DNA of 64,000 nt from Gammaproteobacteria bacterium (GCA_965261775.1 OZ253477.1:526407-590406), one strand, 5' to 3'; shown: positions 41,180-52,660, numbered from the stretch's first letter. Notes: generated by a model not told the origin, from the letters alone. Numbers and translations: made by a program.

Positions 41180-42421
41180 TTATATTTTTTTGAAGATCAG
41201 GGTGCCGTTGGTTCCTCCGAAACCGAACGAATTGGTCAATGCGACATCAATTTTCATCTCACGCGCGGTATGTGGAATATAATCCAGGTCGCATTCCGGT
41301 CCAGGTTCATCCAGATTGATCGTCGGTGGAGCAACTTGATCCTGTATCGACAACACTGAAAATATAGCCTCAACACCGCCAGCAGCACCCAGTAAATGAC
41401 CAATCATAGATTTGGTGGAACTTATCGCCAGAGCATCGGCGTGTTTTTTGAATGTGTGTTTAATCGCTACCGTTTCGGCTATATCACCTGCCGGTGTGGA
41501 AGTGCCGTGTGCATTGATGTAATCTACCTGTTCTGGATTGAGCCCCGCGTTATTCAAAGCATTGTTCATGCACCGGGTAGCACCTTCGCCATCTTTTGAT
41601 GGCGCGGTTATATGGTAAGCGTCGGCACTCATACCATACCCTACCAGTTCGGCATAGATCCTGGCACCGCGTTCTTGAGCAAATTTATAATTTTCCAGCA
41701 CTATTGCGCCCGCTCCGGCACCCAGGACGAAACCGTCCCGGGCTTTGTCCCAGGGACGACTAGCGCATTCCGGTGCTTCATTTCTAGTGGATAACGCTCT
41801 GGCCGAGGTAAAACCCGCCACACCGGTTTCGCTTATTGCCATCTCGGCCCCGCCAGCGATCATGACATCCGCATCGCCGTATTCAATCAATCTGGCCGCT
41901 TCGCCGATATTATGCGTACCCGTGGTACAGGCTGTCACAATCGAAAAATTGGGACCTTTCAGCCCACACATAATGGATAAATGACCAGATATCATATTGA
42001 TAATATTGCTCGGAATATAAAACGGCGATATTTTTCTGGGCCCGCTTTCGGCAAAGAGCCGGGTGGCCTTTTCTATGCCCGGCAGACCGCCGATGCCAGA
42101 ACCGATAGCCACTCCTATTCTCGGAGCATTCTCATCGCTCACCTTAAGACCTGAATCTCTGAACGCCTGAATCCCGGCGACCAGGCCGTAGTGCAGAAAC
42201 GGGTTCATTTTCTTCTGTTCTTTTTTGGGGATGTATTCATCCAGCATCAGATTACGAACGCAACCTGCTATTCGCACCTTAAAATCTGTGGTATCAAAGT
42301 GGTCGATCAGGGTAATACCGCTAGTTCCCGCCAGGATATTCGCCCATGTCTCATCAACGCTGTTACCCACCGGCGTGACCATACCCAAACCAGTAACAAC
42401 TACTCTACAGCCTTTGCTCAT
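41180..42421 (-). CDS. fabF: Beta-ketoacyl-ACP synthase II
   Basis: [28 protein letters not shown]. Confidence 0.97.
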   Translation of the reverse strand: MSKGCRVVVTGLGMVTPVGNSVDETWANILAGTSGITLIDHFDTTDFKVRIAGCVRNLMLDEYIPKKEQKKMNPFLHYGLVAGIQAFRDSGLKVSDENAPRIGVAIGSGIGGLPGIEKATRLFAESGPRKISPFYIPSNIINMISGHLSIMCGLKGPNFSIVTACTTGTHNIGEAARLIEYGDADVMIAGGAEMAISETGVAGFTSARALSTRNEAPECASRPWDKARDGFVLGAGAGAIVLENYKFAQERGARIYAELVGYGMSADAYHITAPSKDGEGATRCMNNALNNAGLNPEQVDYINAHGTSTPAGDIAETVAIKHTFKKHADALAISSTKSMIGHLLGAAGGVEAIFSVLSIQDQVAPPTINLDEPGPECDLDYIPHTAREMKIDVALTNSFGFGGTNGTLIFKKI

Positions 42422-42458
42422 ATAATTGATATATCTGCCAATTCTTATAATTCAAAAC

Positions 42459-42496
42459 AAAGAAAAAGCCACGTCCGAGAACTCACAACGCGGCTT
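42459..42496 (-). terminator. Probable terminator/attenuator after acpP
   Basis: Minus strand aagccgcgt...acgtggctt (one G-U) followed by TTTCTTT. Confidence 0.6.
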
Positions 42497-42513
42497 CTCA
42501 ATGAAGATTTCAC

Positions 42514-42753
42514 CTATTCAAGGTGCTTGTTGATGTATTCAATAGCCCGCTTGACCGTGGTGATCTTTTCAGCTTGCTCGTCCGGGATATTAATCGAGAA
42601 CTCCTCTTCCAGGGCCATTATCAGCTCGACAGCATCCAGAGAATCAGCACCCAGATCATCCACAAAAGAGGTTTCGGGCATCACGTCTTCTTCCTTGACA
42701 TTGATTTGTTCCATAACAACTTTTTTTATGCGTGCTTCAACATTACTATTCAT
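42514..42753 (-). CDS. acpP: Acyl carrier protein
   Basis: [20 protein letters not shown]; AGGAGAG RBS before ATG 42753. Confidence 0.97.
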   Translation of the reverse strand: MNSNVEARIKKVVMEQINVKEEDVMPETSFVDDLGADSLDAVELIMALEEEFSINIPDEQAEKITTVKRAIEYINKHLE

Positions 42754-42800
42754 GATTATTTCTCTCCTCCGAGGCATTATTACCTGATTTGCGAGAAACA

Positions 42801-42875
42801 AGTCTAGTGAAATCAGGCATTCTTGCAATTAGAATTTAAAAAATTAAATATCAAAAACTTAAAAATATTTAAGTG
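42801..42875 (-). promoter_or_regulatory. Putative acpP promoter with AT-rich UP element
   Basis: Minus strand TTGCAA-16 nt-TAGACT preceded by a nearly pure A/T tract. Confidence 0.35.
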
Positions 42876-43625
42876 TTATCCCATATACATTCCTCCGTTA
42901 ACGTTGAGCGTTTGACCTGTGATGTAAGCTGCTTCTCTAGAAGCCAAAAAAGCAACCGCATTGGCAACATCATCCACATTTCCCAAACGACCCAGTGTGA
43001 TTTTTTCCAGTAATGACATCCGGTGCTCATCGCTAAGCCCGGCAGTCATGTCAGTTTCAATAAACCCCGGTGCCACCACATTGACCGTAATGCCTCTTGA
43101 CCCTGTTTCCCTGGCCAGAGAACGACTGAAACCAATTATCCCCGCCTTGGCAGTAGCATAATTGACCTGGCCAGCATTGCCAGTAAGGCCAACCACAGAG
43201 CCGATATTAATAATTCTGCCACGACGCGCTTTCATCATCGGGCGCAGACACAGCTTGCATAATTGATACAGGCCACCCAAATTGGTATTGATAACCGTAT
43301 CCCATTCTTCATCTTTCATTCGGAGCAGAAGATTATCACGGGTAATGCCAGCATTATTCACCAATATGCCCGGGAAGTCAGCATTATTATTCAGCTGCTC
43401 GGAAAACATCCGTATCGAGTTTTTATCCGAGATATCCAATACCAGCCCTGTCCCGCATCCGCCAATCTTTTTCAGCCGTGCAGTTATATCATCCACGGCT
43501 CCTCCAGTCGTCGCCGTACCGATGACACAGGCGCCTTCAGAGGCGAATTTATCCGCTATCGCCTTGCCGATACCGCGACTAGCGCCCGTCACCAATACTA
43601 CTTCCTCTTCAAACCTGTTTGCCAT
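42876..43625 (-). CDS. fabG: 3-oxoacyl-ACP reductase
   Basis: TGASRGIG, NNAGITRD, YATAK, PGFIETDM. Confidence 0.96.
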   Translation of the reverse strand: MANRFEEEVVLVTGASRGIGKAIADKFASEGACVIGTATTGGAVDDITARLKKIGGCGTGLVLDISDKNSIRMFSEQLNNNADFPGILVNNAGITRDNLLLRMKDEEWDTVINTNLGGLYQLCKLCLRPMMKARRGRIINIGSVVGLTGNAGQVNYATAKAGIIGFSRSLARETGSRGITVNVVAPGFIETDMTAGLSDEHRMSLLEKITLGRLGNVDDVANAVAFLASREAAYITGQTLNVNGGMYMG

Positions 43626-43637
43626 TTGATTTTCTGT

Positions 43638-44585
43638 TTATGACACAAGGTTGATCGCTTTCTCTAGCGACGCCCGGTTGTGGATATTATAAATTTTCAG
43701 AGAACGTTCTATACGTTTAACAAGCCCCGCCAATACCTTGCCGGGACCACATTCAATGATACGTTTAATATTCTGCTTCCGCATTATCCGAATACTGTTG
43801 ACCCATTGTACCGGTTTATAAAGCTGTTTCACCAAGGCGGCCTTAATCTCTTTGGCGTCGGTTCTCAACCCGGCGTCCACATTCTGAATCACGGGTATTT
43901 TAGCATCACTAAATTTAATTTTATCCAGTGCAGTGGAAAACCTGTCCGCCGCATCGCACATCAAGGAACAATGTGACGGCACGCTGACTGGCAAAATTAC
44001 GCTCATCCTGGCACCCGCCACCTTAGCTTCCAGGATGGCCTTCTCCACGGCCTGTTTATGCCCGGCAATCACAACCTGACCGGGTGAATTATAATTCGCA
44101 ACGGCCACAGTCGCATCACCGCTTGCTGTCTGACAGATATGATGCACCTGTTCATCCTCCAAGCCCAGAACGGCAGCCATCGCACCGACACCGGACGGCA
44201 TCGCCTCTTGCATACAACGACCACGTTCGGCAACAAGAGTAAGTGCGTCTTCAAACGCCAGCACATCGGCGCAAACGAGCGCGGTATATTCGCCCAAGCT
44301 GTGTCCCGCCAGAACGGCTGGCGATATCGTTGTTCTTGAAGACCATACTTCCCAGGTCGCATAGGCGGCAGTCAACAATGCAGGTTGGGTAATTTCCGTA
44401 CTGTCCAGCTCCACCTGCGGTCCCTCCGTGATAATCTGCCAGAGGTCATAACCCAGTATCGATGAAGCATTGGCAAAGGTCTGTTTAATGGCAGGTTCGG
44501 TTATTGACAGCGTATCCATCATGCCGACTGATTGCGAACCTTGACCAGGAAAAACAATTGCGAGTTCTGTATCTGTACTCATCAT
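43638..44585 (-). CDS. fabD: Malonyl-CoA:ACP transacylase
   Basis: FPGQGSQ, GHSLGEY, VPSH, ECGPG. Confidence 0.96.
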   Translation of the reverse strand: MMSTDTELAIVFPGQGSQSVGMMDTLSITEPAIKQTFANASSILGYDLWQIITEGPQVELDSTEITQPALLTAAYATWEVWSSRTTISPAVLAGHSLGEYTALVCADVLAFEDALTLVAERGRCMQEAMPSGVGAMAAVLGLEDEQVHHICQTASGDATVAVANYNSPGQVVIAGHKQAVEKAILEAKVAGARMSVILPVSVPSHCSLMCDAADRFSTALDKIKFSDAKIPVIQNVDAGLRTDAKEIKAALVKQLYKPVQWVNSIRIMRKQNIKRIIECGPGKVLAGLVKRIERSLKIYNIHNRASLEKAINLVS

Positions 44586-44604
44586 TATTATTTAAAATAA
44601 TACT

Positions 44605-45570
44605 TCAATAACGCAATAAGGCGGAACCCCAGGTAAACCCCCCGCCGAAGGCTTCAAGCAACAGTATTTCGCCCCGTTTTATACGCCCGTCGCTGACTGC
44701 CATATCCAACGCCAACGGAACCGAGGCGGCAGAGGTATTACCATGCTGATCTACAGTAACCACCACCCTTTCCATCGGTATATCCAGTTTTTTTGCTATC
44801 GCGGAAATAATTCTGATATTTGCCTGATGCGGCACTAGCCAGTCTATCTCCTTCTTCTCCATGGCATTGGCCGCCAGAGTTTCATCAACCATGCGCCCCA
44901 GGGTATTGACCGCCAGTTTGAATACTTCACTACCCTGCATCCTGATAAATGCTTCGCCCGATTTTACCACATCGTAATTTGAGGAGATGCCGGCCGGTAC
45001 CATCAGCAAAGACTGATAAGCGCCATCAGCGTGAATATGCGTGGATAAAATCCCCGGCGTATCGCCGGCCTCGACAATTACTGCCCCAGCACCGTCGCCG
45101 AAAAGTATGCAGGTACTTCTATCCTGCCAGTCCAGGATGCGTGTCATGGTTTCCGTGCCAACCACCAATGCACATTTCGCATTACCGTTTCTGATAAATT
45201 GATCGGCGATGCTGAGAGCATAGATAAAACCTGTACAGACCGCTTGCACATCAAACGCCGGACAGCCCTTGATGCCCAGACGATGTTGTAAGAGACAGGC
45301 CGTGCTCGGAAAGATAACATCGGGGGTCGTTGTAGCAACAATGATTAAATCAATATCGTTAGCTGTTTTTGATGATGCTGCTATTGCGGCCCGCGCCGCC
45401 TGCTCCGCCAGACTGCATGCGCTCTCATCTTCTGCTGCGACATGTCTTTTCTCAATCCCTGTACGAGCGCGTATCCACTCGTCGCTTGTGTCAATCATCC
45501 GCTCTAGATCAGAATTGCTGAGAATGCGCTCAGGAAGGTAGGAACCCGTCCCGCTTATTTTTGAATACAC
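44605..45570 (-). CDS. fabH: Beta-ketoacyl-ACP synthase III
   Basis: AVCTGF, FGDGAGA, PHQAN, GNTSAAS, GGGFTWG. Confidence 0.97.
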   Translation of the reverse strand: MYSKISGTGSYLPERILSNSDLERMIDTSDEWIRARTGIEKRHVAAEDESACSLAEQAARAAIAASSKTANDIDLIIVATTTPDVIFPSTACLLQHRLGIKGCPAFDVQAVCTGFIYALSIADQFIRNGNAKCALVVGTETMTRILDWQDRSTCILFGDGAGAVIVEAGDTPGILSTHIHADGAYQSLLMVPAGISSNYDVVKSGEAFIRMQGSEVFKLAVNTLGRMVDETLAANAMEKKEIDWLVPHQANIRIISAIAKKLDIPMERVVVTVDQHGNTSAASVPLALDMAVSDGRIKRGEILLLEAFGGGFTWGSALLRY

Positions 45571-46620
45571 TCAAATTTCCTGCTGAACATTAAGAAATTG
45601 TTCCAGTTTCAGACCAATTCTTTCCGCCACGTTTTTTTCGACTTCAACAATGGCTTCTTCAATGGCCGTCGCAAAAGAAACCCTTTTGGCTCCGCCATGG
45701 CTCTTTATTACGATGTCTCTCAAACCCAGCAGAGAAGCGCCGTTATAATGCCGTGGATCAATTTTGTACTTTAATTCTTTTAATAAGGGCATACCTACCA
45801 TCGCAACAAATCTAGCGTAGAGACTGCGCCTGAATTGCGCGGAGACATGATAGCGGATAAAATCCGCTAGTCCTTCGCAAGCTTTCAGGGCGATATTCCC
45901 CACTAAACCGTCGCAGACAATGACGTCAATTTCACCTGTGTAGAGATCTGTGCCTTCGACATAACCAATATAGTTCAAAGGACTGTCGGCCAACAGTATC
46001 GCCGCCTGTTTAATGCGATCATTGCCCTTGATATCTTCTTCGCCGATATTCAATAAGGCAATCGTCGGGTCTTCCTTGCCGTCAACGGCACTAGTCAGTT
46101 GTGCACCCATGATGGCAAATTGAAACAGCTGTTCCGAACTTGAATCGACATTGGCACCCAGATCCAGCACATGCGTACAGCCTTTTTTTCCGGGAAATAT
46201 CGTGCAAATGGCGGGGCGGTCTATACCGGGGAGCATCTTCAGGACAAAGCGTGCGGTCGCCATCAAAGCTCCCGTATTGCCAGCACTGACACAGGCGGCA
46301 GCATGTCTATCCCGCACTTGCTCAATAGCAATTCTCATGGAAGATTTTTTCTTTTGTCTCAAAGTGCGGGCAGGTGATTCGTGCATTTCAATCACTTCAT
46401 CGGCATGCACAACCTGAATACGTTCATATCCCAAGGCATGGTGTTTTGCAAGCTCCGCGTTGATAATCGACTCTTTCCCGACCAGGATGAGATTCAACGT
46501 CTCGTGCTTATTCAGACAAAATAATGCAGCGGGGACTATCTCCGACGGACCATGATCGCCGCCCATCGCATCTAGTGCGATAGTTATCGTTTTCAAAGGC
46601 AGAGATATCTCGGAGAACAA
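45571..46620 (-). CDS. plsX: Phosphate acyltransferase PlsX
   Basis: DAMGGDHGP, SAGNTGAL, DLGAN, KSHG. Confidence 0.96.
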   Translation of the reverse strand: MFSEISLPLKTITIALDAMGGDHGPSEIVPAALFCLNKHETLNLILVGKESIINAELAKHHALGYERIQVVHADEVIEMHESPARTLRQKKKSSMRIAIEQVRDRHAAACVSAGNTGALMATARFVLKMLPGIDRPAICTIFPGKKGCTHVLDLGANVDSSSEQLFQFAIMGAQLTSAVDGKEDPTIALLNIGEEDIKGNDRIKQAAILLADSPLNYIGYVEGTDLYTGEIDVIVCDGLVGNIALKACEGLADFIRYHVSAQFRRSLYARFVAMVGMPLLKELKYKIDPRHYNGASLLGLRDIVIKSHGGAKRVSFATAIEEAIVEVEKNVAERIGLKLEQFLNVQQEI

Positions 46621-46665
46621 CGTCTCTTATTTATCAGCGTTTTTATCAGCCTTGTCGGTCTTAAA

Positions 46666-46851
46666 TTATTCACGATCCTGTCTGACCTGAAGAACCTGAC
46701 GCCCGCGGTAATAACCATCCGCACTGATATTATGCCGCAGGTGAAGTTCTCCCGACCCCGAATCAATGGATAGTGTAGCGGCGGTCAGGGCATCATGCGA
46801 ACGACGCATGCCTCGTTTTGAACGGGATCGCTTTACTTTTTGAACAGCCAT
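46666..46851 (-). CDS. rpmF: 50S ribosomal protein L32 (Cys-free form)
   Basis: MAVQK...[12 protein letters not shown]...GELHLRH..DGYYRG. Confidence 0.96.
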   Translation of the reverse strand: MAVQKVKRSRSKRGMRRSHDALTAATLSIDSGSGELHLRHNISADGYYRGRQVLQVRQDRE

Positions 46852-47044
46852 GGTCAAATTGCTCCTAACGATAAATCGAAATCTATTTTCATTTTAATTT
46901 TGAGATTATACACTATTCAAAACCCCTCCCTGTTCTAAATCTAATAATTCCAAAGATCGAATGGTCTTTTTTGCTTTTCATTCCGCTTTGTACCCAGATA
47001 GACTTTCTAACCGGAAAACTCATAACAACTACCTTCTACCAATT

Positions 47045-47596
47045 TTATCGCATATTCTGTTTCAATGCCGCCAGTGACGCAAACGGTTTCAAACTGACAC
47101 CGGCGTTTACGCTGTCCAAATACGCTTTTGCTGGACATTCCTCTTCCGGATGCAATACTGAAAACGAAATGGCAAGCAGTAATTCATCTTCAAGCAATCT
47201 ACTGAGCGATAATGTCTCATCATCCGACAGGGATAAAGGTTCGTAATTTTTATCCAGCGCCTGCAAGGTGTCGGTATTTGAAACGACACCAAGCAAGGTC
47301 TTTTTATGGACATGCATATCAAGTGGTTGCAGACAACGTTGACATTGCAGGGTCACATCGGCATCAATTTCCAGATCAACCACACAACTACCTGATCCAT
47401 CTTTATAAAACAGTAGCCTGTATATCAATTCAGCCTCATTATTAGACGTCGTCTCGACCAACCACTCAAGCGAAGCCAGTTTGATACACCCCTCAAGCCG
47501 CTCACCGGTCTCAGCCAGATGCAATGGTTTAATCAATGGAGAATTTTGAACGACATTCACGGTGGTTAATATATCGGCAGCACAGGATAGTGTCAA
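47045..47596 (-). CDS. yceD: YceD/DUF177 family protein (start uncertain)
   Basis: CQRCL, LLEDELLL, PFA.LA.LK; upstream of rpmF. Confidence 0.9.
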   Translation of the reverse strand: MTLSCAADILTTVNVVQNSPLIKPLHLAETGERLEGCIKLASLEWLVETTSNNEAELIYRLLFYKDGSGSCVVDLEIDADVTLQCQRCLQPLDMHVHKKTLLGVVSNTDTLQALDKNYEPLSLSDDETLSLSRLLEDELLLAISFSVLHPEEECPAKAYLDSVNAGVSLKPFASLAALKQNMR

Positions 47597-47674
47597 AGAT
47601 TTTCAGCGCCATTGGCTGAGTGAACGGAAGCCTGTTAGAATAGGTCACTCCGACCATCAGAAAACGATACTGTT

Positions 47675-48253
47675 TTGTACAAAATTATATTAGCCTCGTC
47701 CTCCGTCAACAGAAAAGCCCTGCTACAACGGCTGTCACTTGATTTCGTCTGTATCTCGCCTGATGTTGATGAAACGCCAAAAGGTAATGAGAAAGTGGAA
47801 GATATGGTAAAACGATTGGCTGCGGAAAAGGCGACGTGCGTTGCTTGTTCATATCGGGAGGGACTAATTATCGGTTCAGATCAGGCGGCGGAAGGACCTT
47901 CCGGTATACTGGGCAAACCTGAAAATCTGGAAGACGCCAAACGTCAGCTCAAGGAAATGAGCGGGAAGACAGTTAATTTCCATACCGCCCTGTGTCTGCT
48001 TAACGCAGAAGACCACTCGCTTGAAGTGGACAGCTGTCTCTATCGCGTTACCTTTCGTGCACTGTCGGCACAGGAAATTGATGATTATCTATACAAAGAG
48101 CGACCCTTGCAATGCGCGGCCAGCTTCAGATCGGAAAAGCTTGGCGTCGCGCTTGTAGAAAAAATGGAAGGTGACGATCCGACTGCATTGATAGGACTGC
48201 CGCTGATCCGCCTGTGCCAAATGTTACGCAATCAGGGCATCAAACTCCCTTGA
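47675..48253 (+). CDS. Maf-family nucleotide pyrophosphatase (YceF type)
   Basis: ILASSS, PDVDET, IGSDQ, LGKP, GDDPTALIGLP. Confidence 0.92.
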   Translation: MYKIILASSSVNRKALLQRLSLDFVCISPDVDETPKGNEKVEDMVKRLAAEKATCVACSYREGLIIGSDQAAEGPSGILGKPENLEDAKRQLKEMSGKTVNFHTALCLLNAEDHSLEVDSCLYRVTFRALSAQEIDDYLYKERPLQCAASFRSEKLGVALVEKMEGDDPTALIGLPLIRLCQMLRNQGIKLP

Positions 48254-48274
48254 CTGATTTATTTACCTTCCCGG

Positions 48275-49216
48275 CTATCTCAACCCAAATGAATCGTTGA
48301 AGCGTTGATAAATGCTTGCGCCGATATTTTTGGCAAAACGGTCCAGATAGGTTTCACGTTGCGTAAAGTCAACAATATCCTCGGCACCGATAATATCGCG
48401 AGCCACCTCACCAGTGCTTGCCAGACCATCCACCAACCCGAGTTCCACGGACTTTTCACCCGACCATACCAGACCGGAGAACAACTGTTCATCATCTTTT
48501 AACCTATCCCCACGACCCCGTTTGACAACATCAATAAATTGCTGATGTATCTCGTCTAACAACTCCTGCATATGTTTCTCTTCGTCATACTTTAAAGGCT
48601 GAAAAGGATCCAGCAGGCCTTTGTTTTCACCGGCATGTAGCAGGCGTCGTTCAATACCCAGCTTTTCAATCGCATTAACGAATCCAAATCCGGAGATAAT
48701 TACGCCGATTGAACCTACAATACTAGCCTTGTTGGCATAAATTTCATCGGATGCCACCGCAATATAGTAGCCGCCAGAAGCGCAGATATCGCTGATAACA
48801 GAATAAACGGGAATGTGTGGATATTTGGCACGAAGACGTCTTATTTCATCATTAATGTAACTGGCCTGCACCGGGCTACCGCCGGGACTGTTGATGCGTA
48901 TGATTACGCCCTGCGTATTATCATCTTCAAAAGCATCCCTCAAACTGCCCACGATATCATTGGTACGCGCATTTTGACCAGTTGAGATGATCCCCTCAAT
49001 ATCAACCAACGCCGTATGTTTCCTTTCGGAAAAACGGTTTATCTCAATATCCTTGTTCAGATAAATGGCCAGGAAGATAAGGACATACAAGGCTAGTAGC
49101 AGCTTGAAAAAAATGCCCCAAATTCGCTTGAGACGTTGTTCTTTTACAATCTCTCGGGCTACATTATTGACCAGTGATTGATTGAATTCTTCAGAATCTT
49201 TATTTTCTAGTCCCAT
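48275..49216 (-). CDS. S49 family peptidase (SppA-like)
   Basis: INSPGGSP, ASGGYY, VGSIGV, LGLVDG. Confidence 0.92.
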   Translation of the reverse strand: MGLENKDSEEFNQSLVNNVAREIVKEQRLKRIWGIFFKLLLALYVLIFLAIYLNKDIEINRFSERKHTALVDIEGIISTGQNARTNDIVGSLRDAFEDDNTQGVIIRINSPGGSPVQASYINDEIRRLRAKYPHIPVYSVISDICASGGYYIAVASDEIYANKASIVGSIGVIISGFGFVNAIEKLGIERRLLHAGENKGLLDPFQPLKYDEEKHMQELLDEIHQQFIDVVKRGRGDRLKDDEQLFSGLVWSGEKSVELGLVDGLASTGEVARDIIGAEDIVDFTQRETYLDRFAKNIGASIYQRFNDSFGLR

Positions 49217-49317
49217 AAAAAAACAACCTCAACGATTAAAAAACGAGAAAGCCACATTTTAACAATGCGGTTAAATCAAGTATAGCCTGAATGATCATTA
49301 TTACTATTGACCTCAAT

Positions 49318-50280
49318 TTATGAAACACACTGTAACTGGTCGAGTACTTTCTGCAATTCGGGAGGTAGTGGCACTTCCAGCGTGATCTTTTTCCCATCCG
49401 CAGGCGAACTCAGCTCCAGAGAACGAGCATGTAAAAACAAACGTTTCAGACCGTACTGTCTGAATTCTTGATTAAGATGACAATCGCCGTATTTTGTATC
49501 ACCTGCTATCGAGTGTCCCAGTGAGGCACTGTGTACCCGAATTTGATGGGTGCGACCGGTGACAAGCTCCACGTTTGCCAGAGTGCAGTTTGTATATAAT
49601 TTTTCTCGGAAAAACCGGGTTGTGGCGCATTTACCCGCTTTATCGACTGTCACAACCCGCTCCCCCGAACGCACGACATTTTTTTTCAATGGACTGTCCA
49701 CTACCCATTTCCACTCGAATATCCGCCCGACCAACAACACATAATAGGATTTTTTGATACCGGCTTTTGTCTTATGTAATTGTCTCAGCGCGGGCATTGT
49801 CTTTGCTAGCAGGAGACAGCCCGAGGTCTCCCTATCAAGCCGGTGAACCAGTTCCAGTTTGCGATATTGAGGTGCCGCTACACGAATGGTCTCAATAATA
49901 CCGTTTGCCTGCCCTGCCCCACCATGAACGACGATACCAGCAGGCTTGTCCAGAACAACCAAGGACGCATCCTCATAAATAATCCTATCCAGGACTTTTT
50001 GCTGCAGCGCTTTTGAGGGAGACGGTCTTTCGAAATTGTTTTGGTAAACCGGCGGTATGCGGACAATATCACTGGCAACAAGCCGATAAGTCTGCTTGAC
50101 GCGCCCCTTATTGACCCGAATCTCGCCGCGCCGTAACATCTGATAAATTCTTGATCTTGGTATTTTCCCGAAATATCGAATGAGATAGTTATCAATTCGG
50201 CGACCAGCATTCTCTTCTGTGATAGTGACCTGTTTGACGTCTTCTTTTTTTACAGTATTTCGCTTCATGTCCAATGCCAT
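49318..50280 (-). CDS. rluC: 23S rRNA pseudouridine synthase C
   Basis: S4 domain, HRLDRETSG, TGRTHQIRVH, RLFLHA; divergent from rne. Confidence 0.93.
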   Translation of the reverse strand: MALDMKRNTVKKEDVKQVTITEENAGRRIDNYLIRYFGKIPRSRIYQMLRRGEIRVNKGRVKQTYRLVASDIVRIPPVYQNNFERPSPSKALQQKVLDRIIYEDASLVVLDKPAGIVVHGGAGQANGIIETIRVAAPQYRKLELVHRLDRETSGCLLLAKTMPALRQLHKTKAGIKKSYYVLLVGRIFEWKWVVDSPLKKNVVRSGERVVTVDKAGKCATTRFFREKLYTNCTLANVELVTGRTHQIRVHSASLGHSIAGDTKYGDCHLNQEFRQYGLKRLFLHARSLELSSPADGKKITLEVPLPPELQKVLDQLQCVS

Positions 50281-50626
50281 ATGTCATCAAAATTGGTATA
50301 ATTGTTCACACTAATCCAACCTGCCTGTTATTTCTGATTGATATTTCACAATAAATCAGGTCATAATACATCCGGGTGCTGGATAAAATGCCGGCATGAA
50401 ACAAAAATAGAAAAAAAATTGAACCTATTGTTCAGATATTCACGATAGGATTTTAATAACTGCAATGTTATCAGTCTTCTGATACTTCACATCAAAGCAG
50501 AGAAAGACACATATGATATTGCTTAACAGAAATTAACCAAATTACGCTCCCGTACGCACGAGGTATTCACGCAAGGTAATACCCGAGAGAAATATGTCGT
50601 ATAGGTTAGAGCGAAGGACAATTAAA

Positions 50627-52660
50627 ATGAAACGTATGCTGATTAACGCGACCCAGCCAGAAGAAGTGAGAGTCGCACTGATTGATGGGCAACGGCTGTA
50701 TGATCTTGATATTGAATCAGCAGCCCGGGAACAAAAAAAATCAAATATCTACAAAGCAAAGATAGTCCGGGTTGAACCGAGTCTGGAAGCCACTTTCGTT
50801 GATTATGGCGGACAACGACACGGTTTTCTACCGTTCAAGGAAATCGCTCATTCCCCGCTTAAATCGGCCTCACACGAAAATGGCGACAAGCCCAATATTA
50901 AAGATACCGTAGAAGAAGGTCAGGAGTTTATCACTCAGATTGAAAAAGAGGGCCGTGGTAATAAAGGGGCGGCCATGACAACTTTCGTCACTCTCGCTGG
51001 ACGCTATCTTGTGCTCATGCCGAATAATCCCCGTGCAGGCGGTGTCTCGCGTCAGATTGAAGGGAGTGACAGGAGCAATGCCCGGGATGCGATGAAAGAC
51101 TTAAAGATCCCCAACGGGATGGGATTGATACTGAGAACGGCGGGCGTCGGCAAATCTTCCGAGGAATTACAGTGGGACCTGGACTACTTGCTACAGATAT
51201 GGCAAGCCATCGCCAACGCTGCCGAAGAAAAATCAGCCCCGTTTCTGATTTACCAAGAAAGTGAAATCATTATTCGAGCGTTGCGTGATTATCTGCACAA
51301 GGACATTAATGAGATATGGGTGGATGATCCAGACCTGTACAAACGCAGTTATGACTTCATGTCACAGTTCATGCCACACAGCCTGGAAAAATTAAAACTC
51401 TATAAGGGCGAGACGCCGCTTTTTACGCATTATCAGATCGAAAACCAGATTGAATCCGCCTTTTCCAGACAGGTGCTTTTACCCTCTGGCGGCGCCGTCA
51501 TCATTGATCACACTGAAGCATTAATATCAATTGATATTAATTCCGCCCGCGCAACGAAAGGCAGCGATATTGAAGAAACGGCACTTAATACCAATCTGGA
51601 AGCCGCCGAGGAAATCGCCCGGCAACTGCGTCTGCGCGACATCGGCGGACTCATCGTGGTTGATTTCATTGACATGCTCAGCACGCAAAATCAGCACAGG
51701 GTCGAAAATGCCATGCGCGAATTCTCGCGCATGGACCGCGCCCGCGTACAGATAGGACGAATATCGCGCTTCGGCTTGCTGGAAATGTCGCGGCAACGCC
51801 TACGACCGTCGTTGGGTGAATCCAGCCATATCCCCTGCCCGCAGTGTGACGGGCAAGGCTCTATCAGGGACGTTGAATCCCTGTCTTTATCCATATTGCG
51901 TCTTATTGAAGAAAAAGCGATACAAGAAAAAACAGCCAAAATCATTGTCAGAGTGCCTATTGACGTCTCCACCTTTCTGCTCAATGAAAAGCGGGGCACT
52001 TTAAACGAAGTACAATATCGTCTCGACGTGGAAATCGTGGTCATCCCCGATACGAACATGGTGACGCCACAATATCATCTGCAACGTGTACGCCTTTCCG
52101 ACGCTGAACAAAATGAATATCAGAAGGCAAGTTACAAACTTGAGGCAAAACCAAAAAAAGAATCAAGAACCGCTTCCACGCCACAAAGACAAATAGCGGA
52201 ATCCCCGATGGTAAAACAATTTACACCGCCTGATCCCACACTAATCGGTCAGAAAAATCTGATCGCAAGAATTTTTACCTATTTATTTAGTTTCTTAAAC
52301 AAATCCACTAAACCGGAAAAAACCGAACAACGCGATAAAAACAGCACGTTCGACAGAAACAGGGAGGGCGGTCCCCGACGACGCCGGGGAGGCAGAAGCA
52401 AAAATCAGCAACGGCGCCGAAGCAACCAGCATAATGGTCGTAATGGAAACGCTTTGGAAGAAGTGGAAGGCAAAAATCACCAGGACAGAGCCGATTCGGT
52501 CAAAAAGAGTTCAAGCTCAAAACGTGGTTATCGCGGAGGACGCCGCCGCAGACGGGAAAATAACAGTACAGAAAACGAAACTGTCAAAATGAACGAAACT
52601 GCCAAAATAAGTGAAACTGCCAAAATAAGCGAAACTGTCAAAATGAACGAACAAGAATAA
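50627..52660 (+). CDS. rne: Ribonuclease E with short C-terminal scaffold
   Basis: MKRMLINATQPEEVRVA, IDINS, DFIDM, CPQC Zn-link, amphipathic segment, Arg-rich tract. Confidence 0.96.
   Translation: MKRMLINATQPEEVRVALIDGQRLYDLDIESAAREQKKSNIYKAKIVRVEPSLEATFVDYGGQRHGFLPFKEIAHSPLKSASHENGDKPNIKDTVEEGQEFITQIEKEGRGNKGAAMTTFVTLAGRYLVLMPNNPRAGGVSRQIEGSDRSNARDAMKDLKIPNGMGLILRTAGVGKSSEELQWDLDYLLQIWQAIANAAEEKSAPFLIYQESEIIIRALRDYLHKDINEIWVDDPDLYKRSYDFMSQFMPHSLEKLKLYKGETPLFTHYQIENQIESAFSRQVLLPSGGAVIIDHTEALISIDINSARATKGSDIEETALNTNLEAAEEIARQLRLRDIGGLIVVDFIDMLSTQNQHRVENAMREFSRMDRARVQIGRISRFGLLEMSRQRLRPSLGESSHIPCPQCDGQGSIRDVESLSLSILRLIEEKAIQEKTAKIIVRVPIDVSTFLLNEKRGTLNEVQYRLDVEIVVIPDTNMVTPQYHLQRVRLSDAEQNEYQKASYKLEAKPKKESRTASTPQRQIAESPMVKQFTPPDPTLIGQKNLIARIFTYLFSFLNKSTKPEKTEQRDKNSTFDRNREGGPRRRRGGRSKNQQRRRSNQHNGRNGNALEEVEGKNHQDRADSVKKSSSSKRGYRGGRRRRRENNSTENETVKMNETAKISETAKISETVKMNEQE
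52574..52651 (+). repeat. 18-bp tandem repeat x4.3 encoding (N/S)ET(V/A)K(M/I) at the RNase E C-terminus
   Basis: aacgaaactgtcaaaatg / aacgaaactgccaaaata / agtgaaactgccaaaata / agcgaaactgtcaaaatg / aacgaa. Confidence 0.92.
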
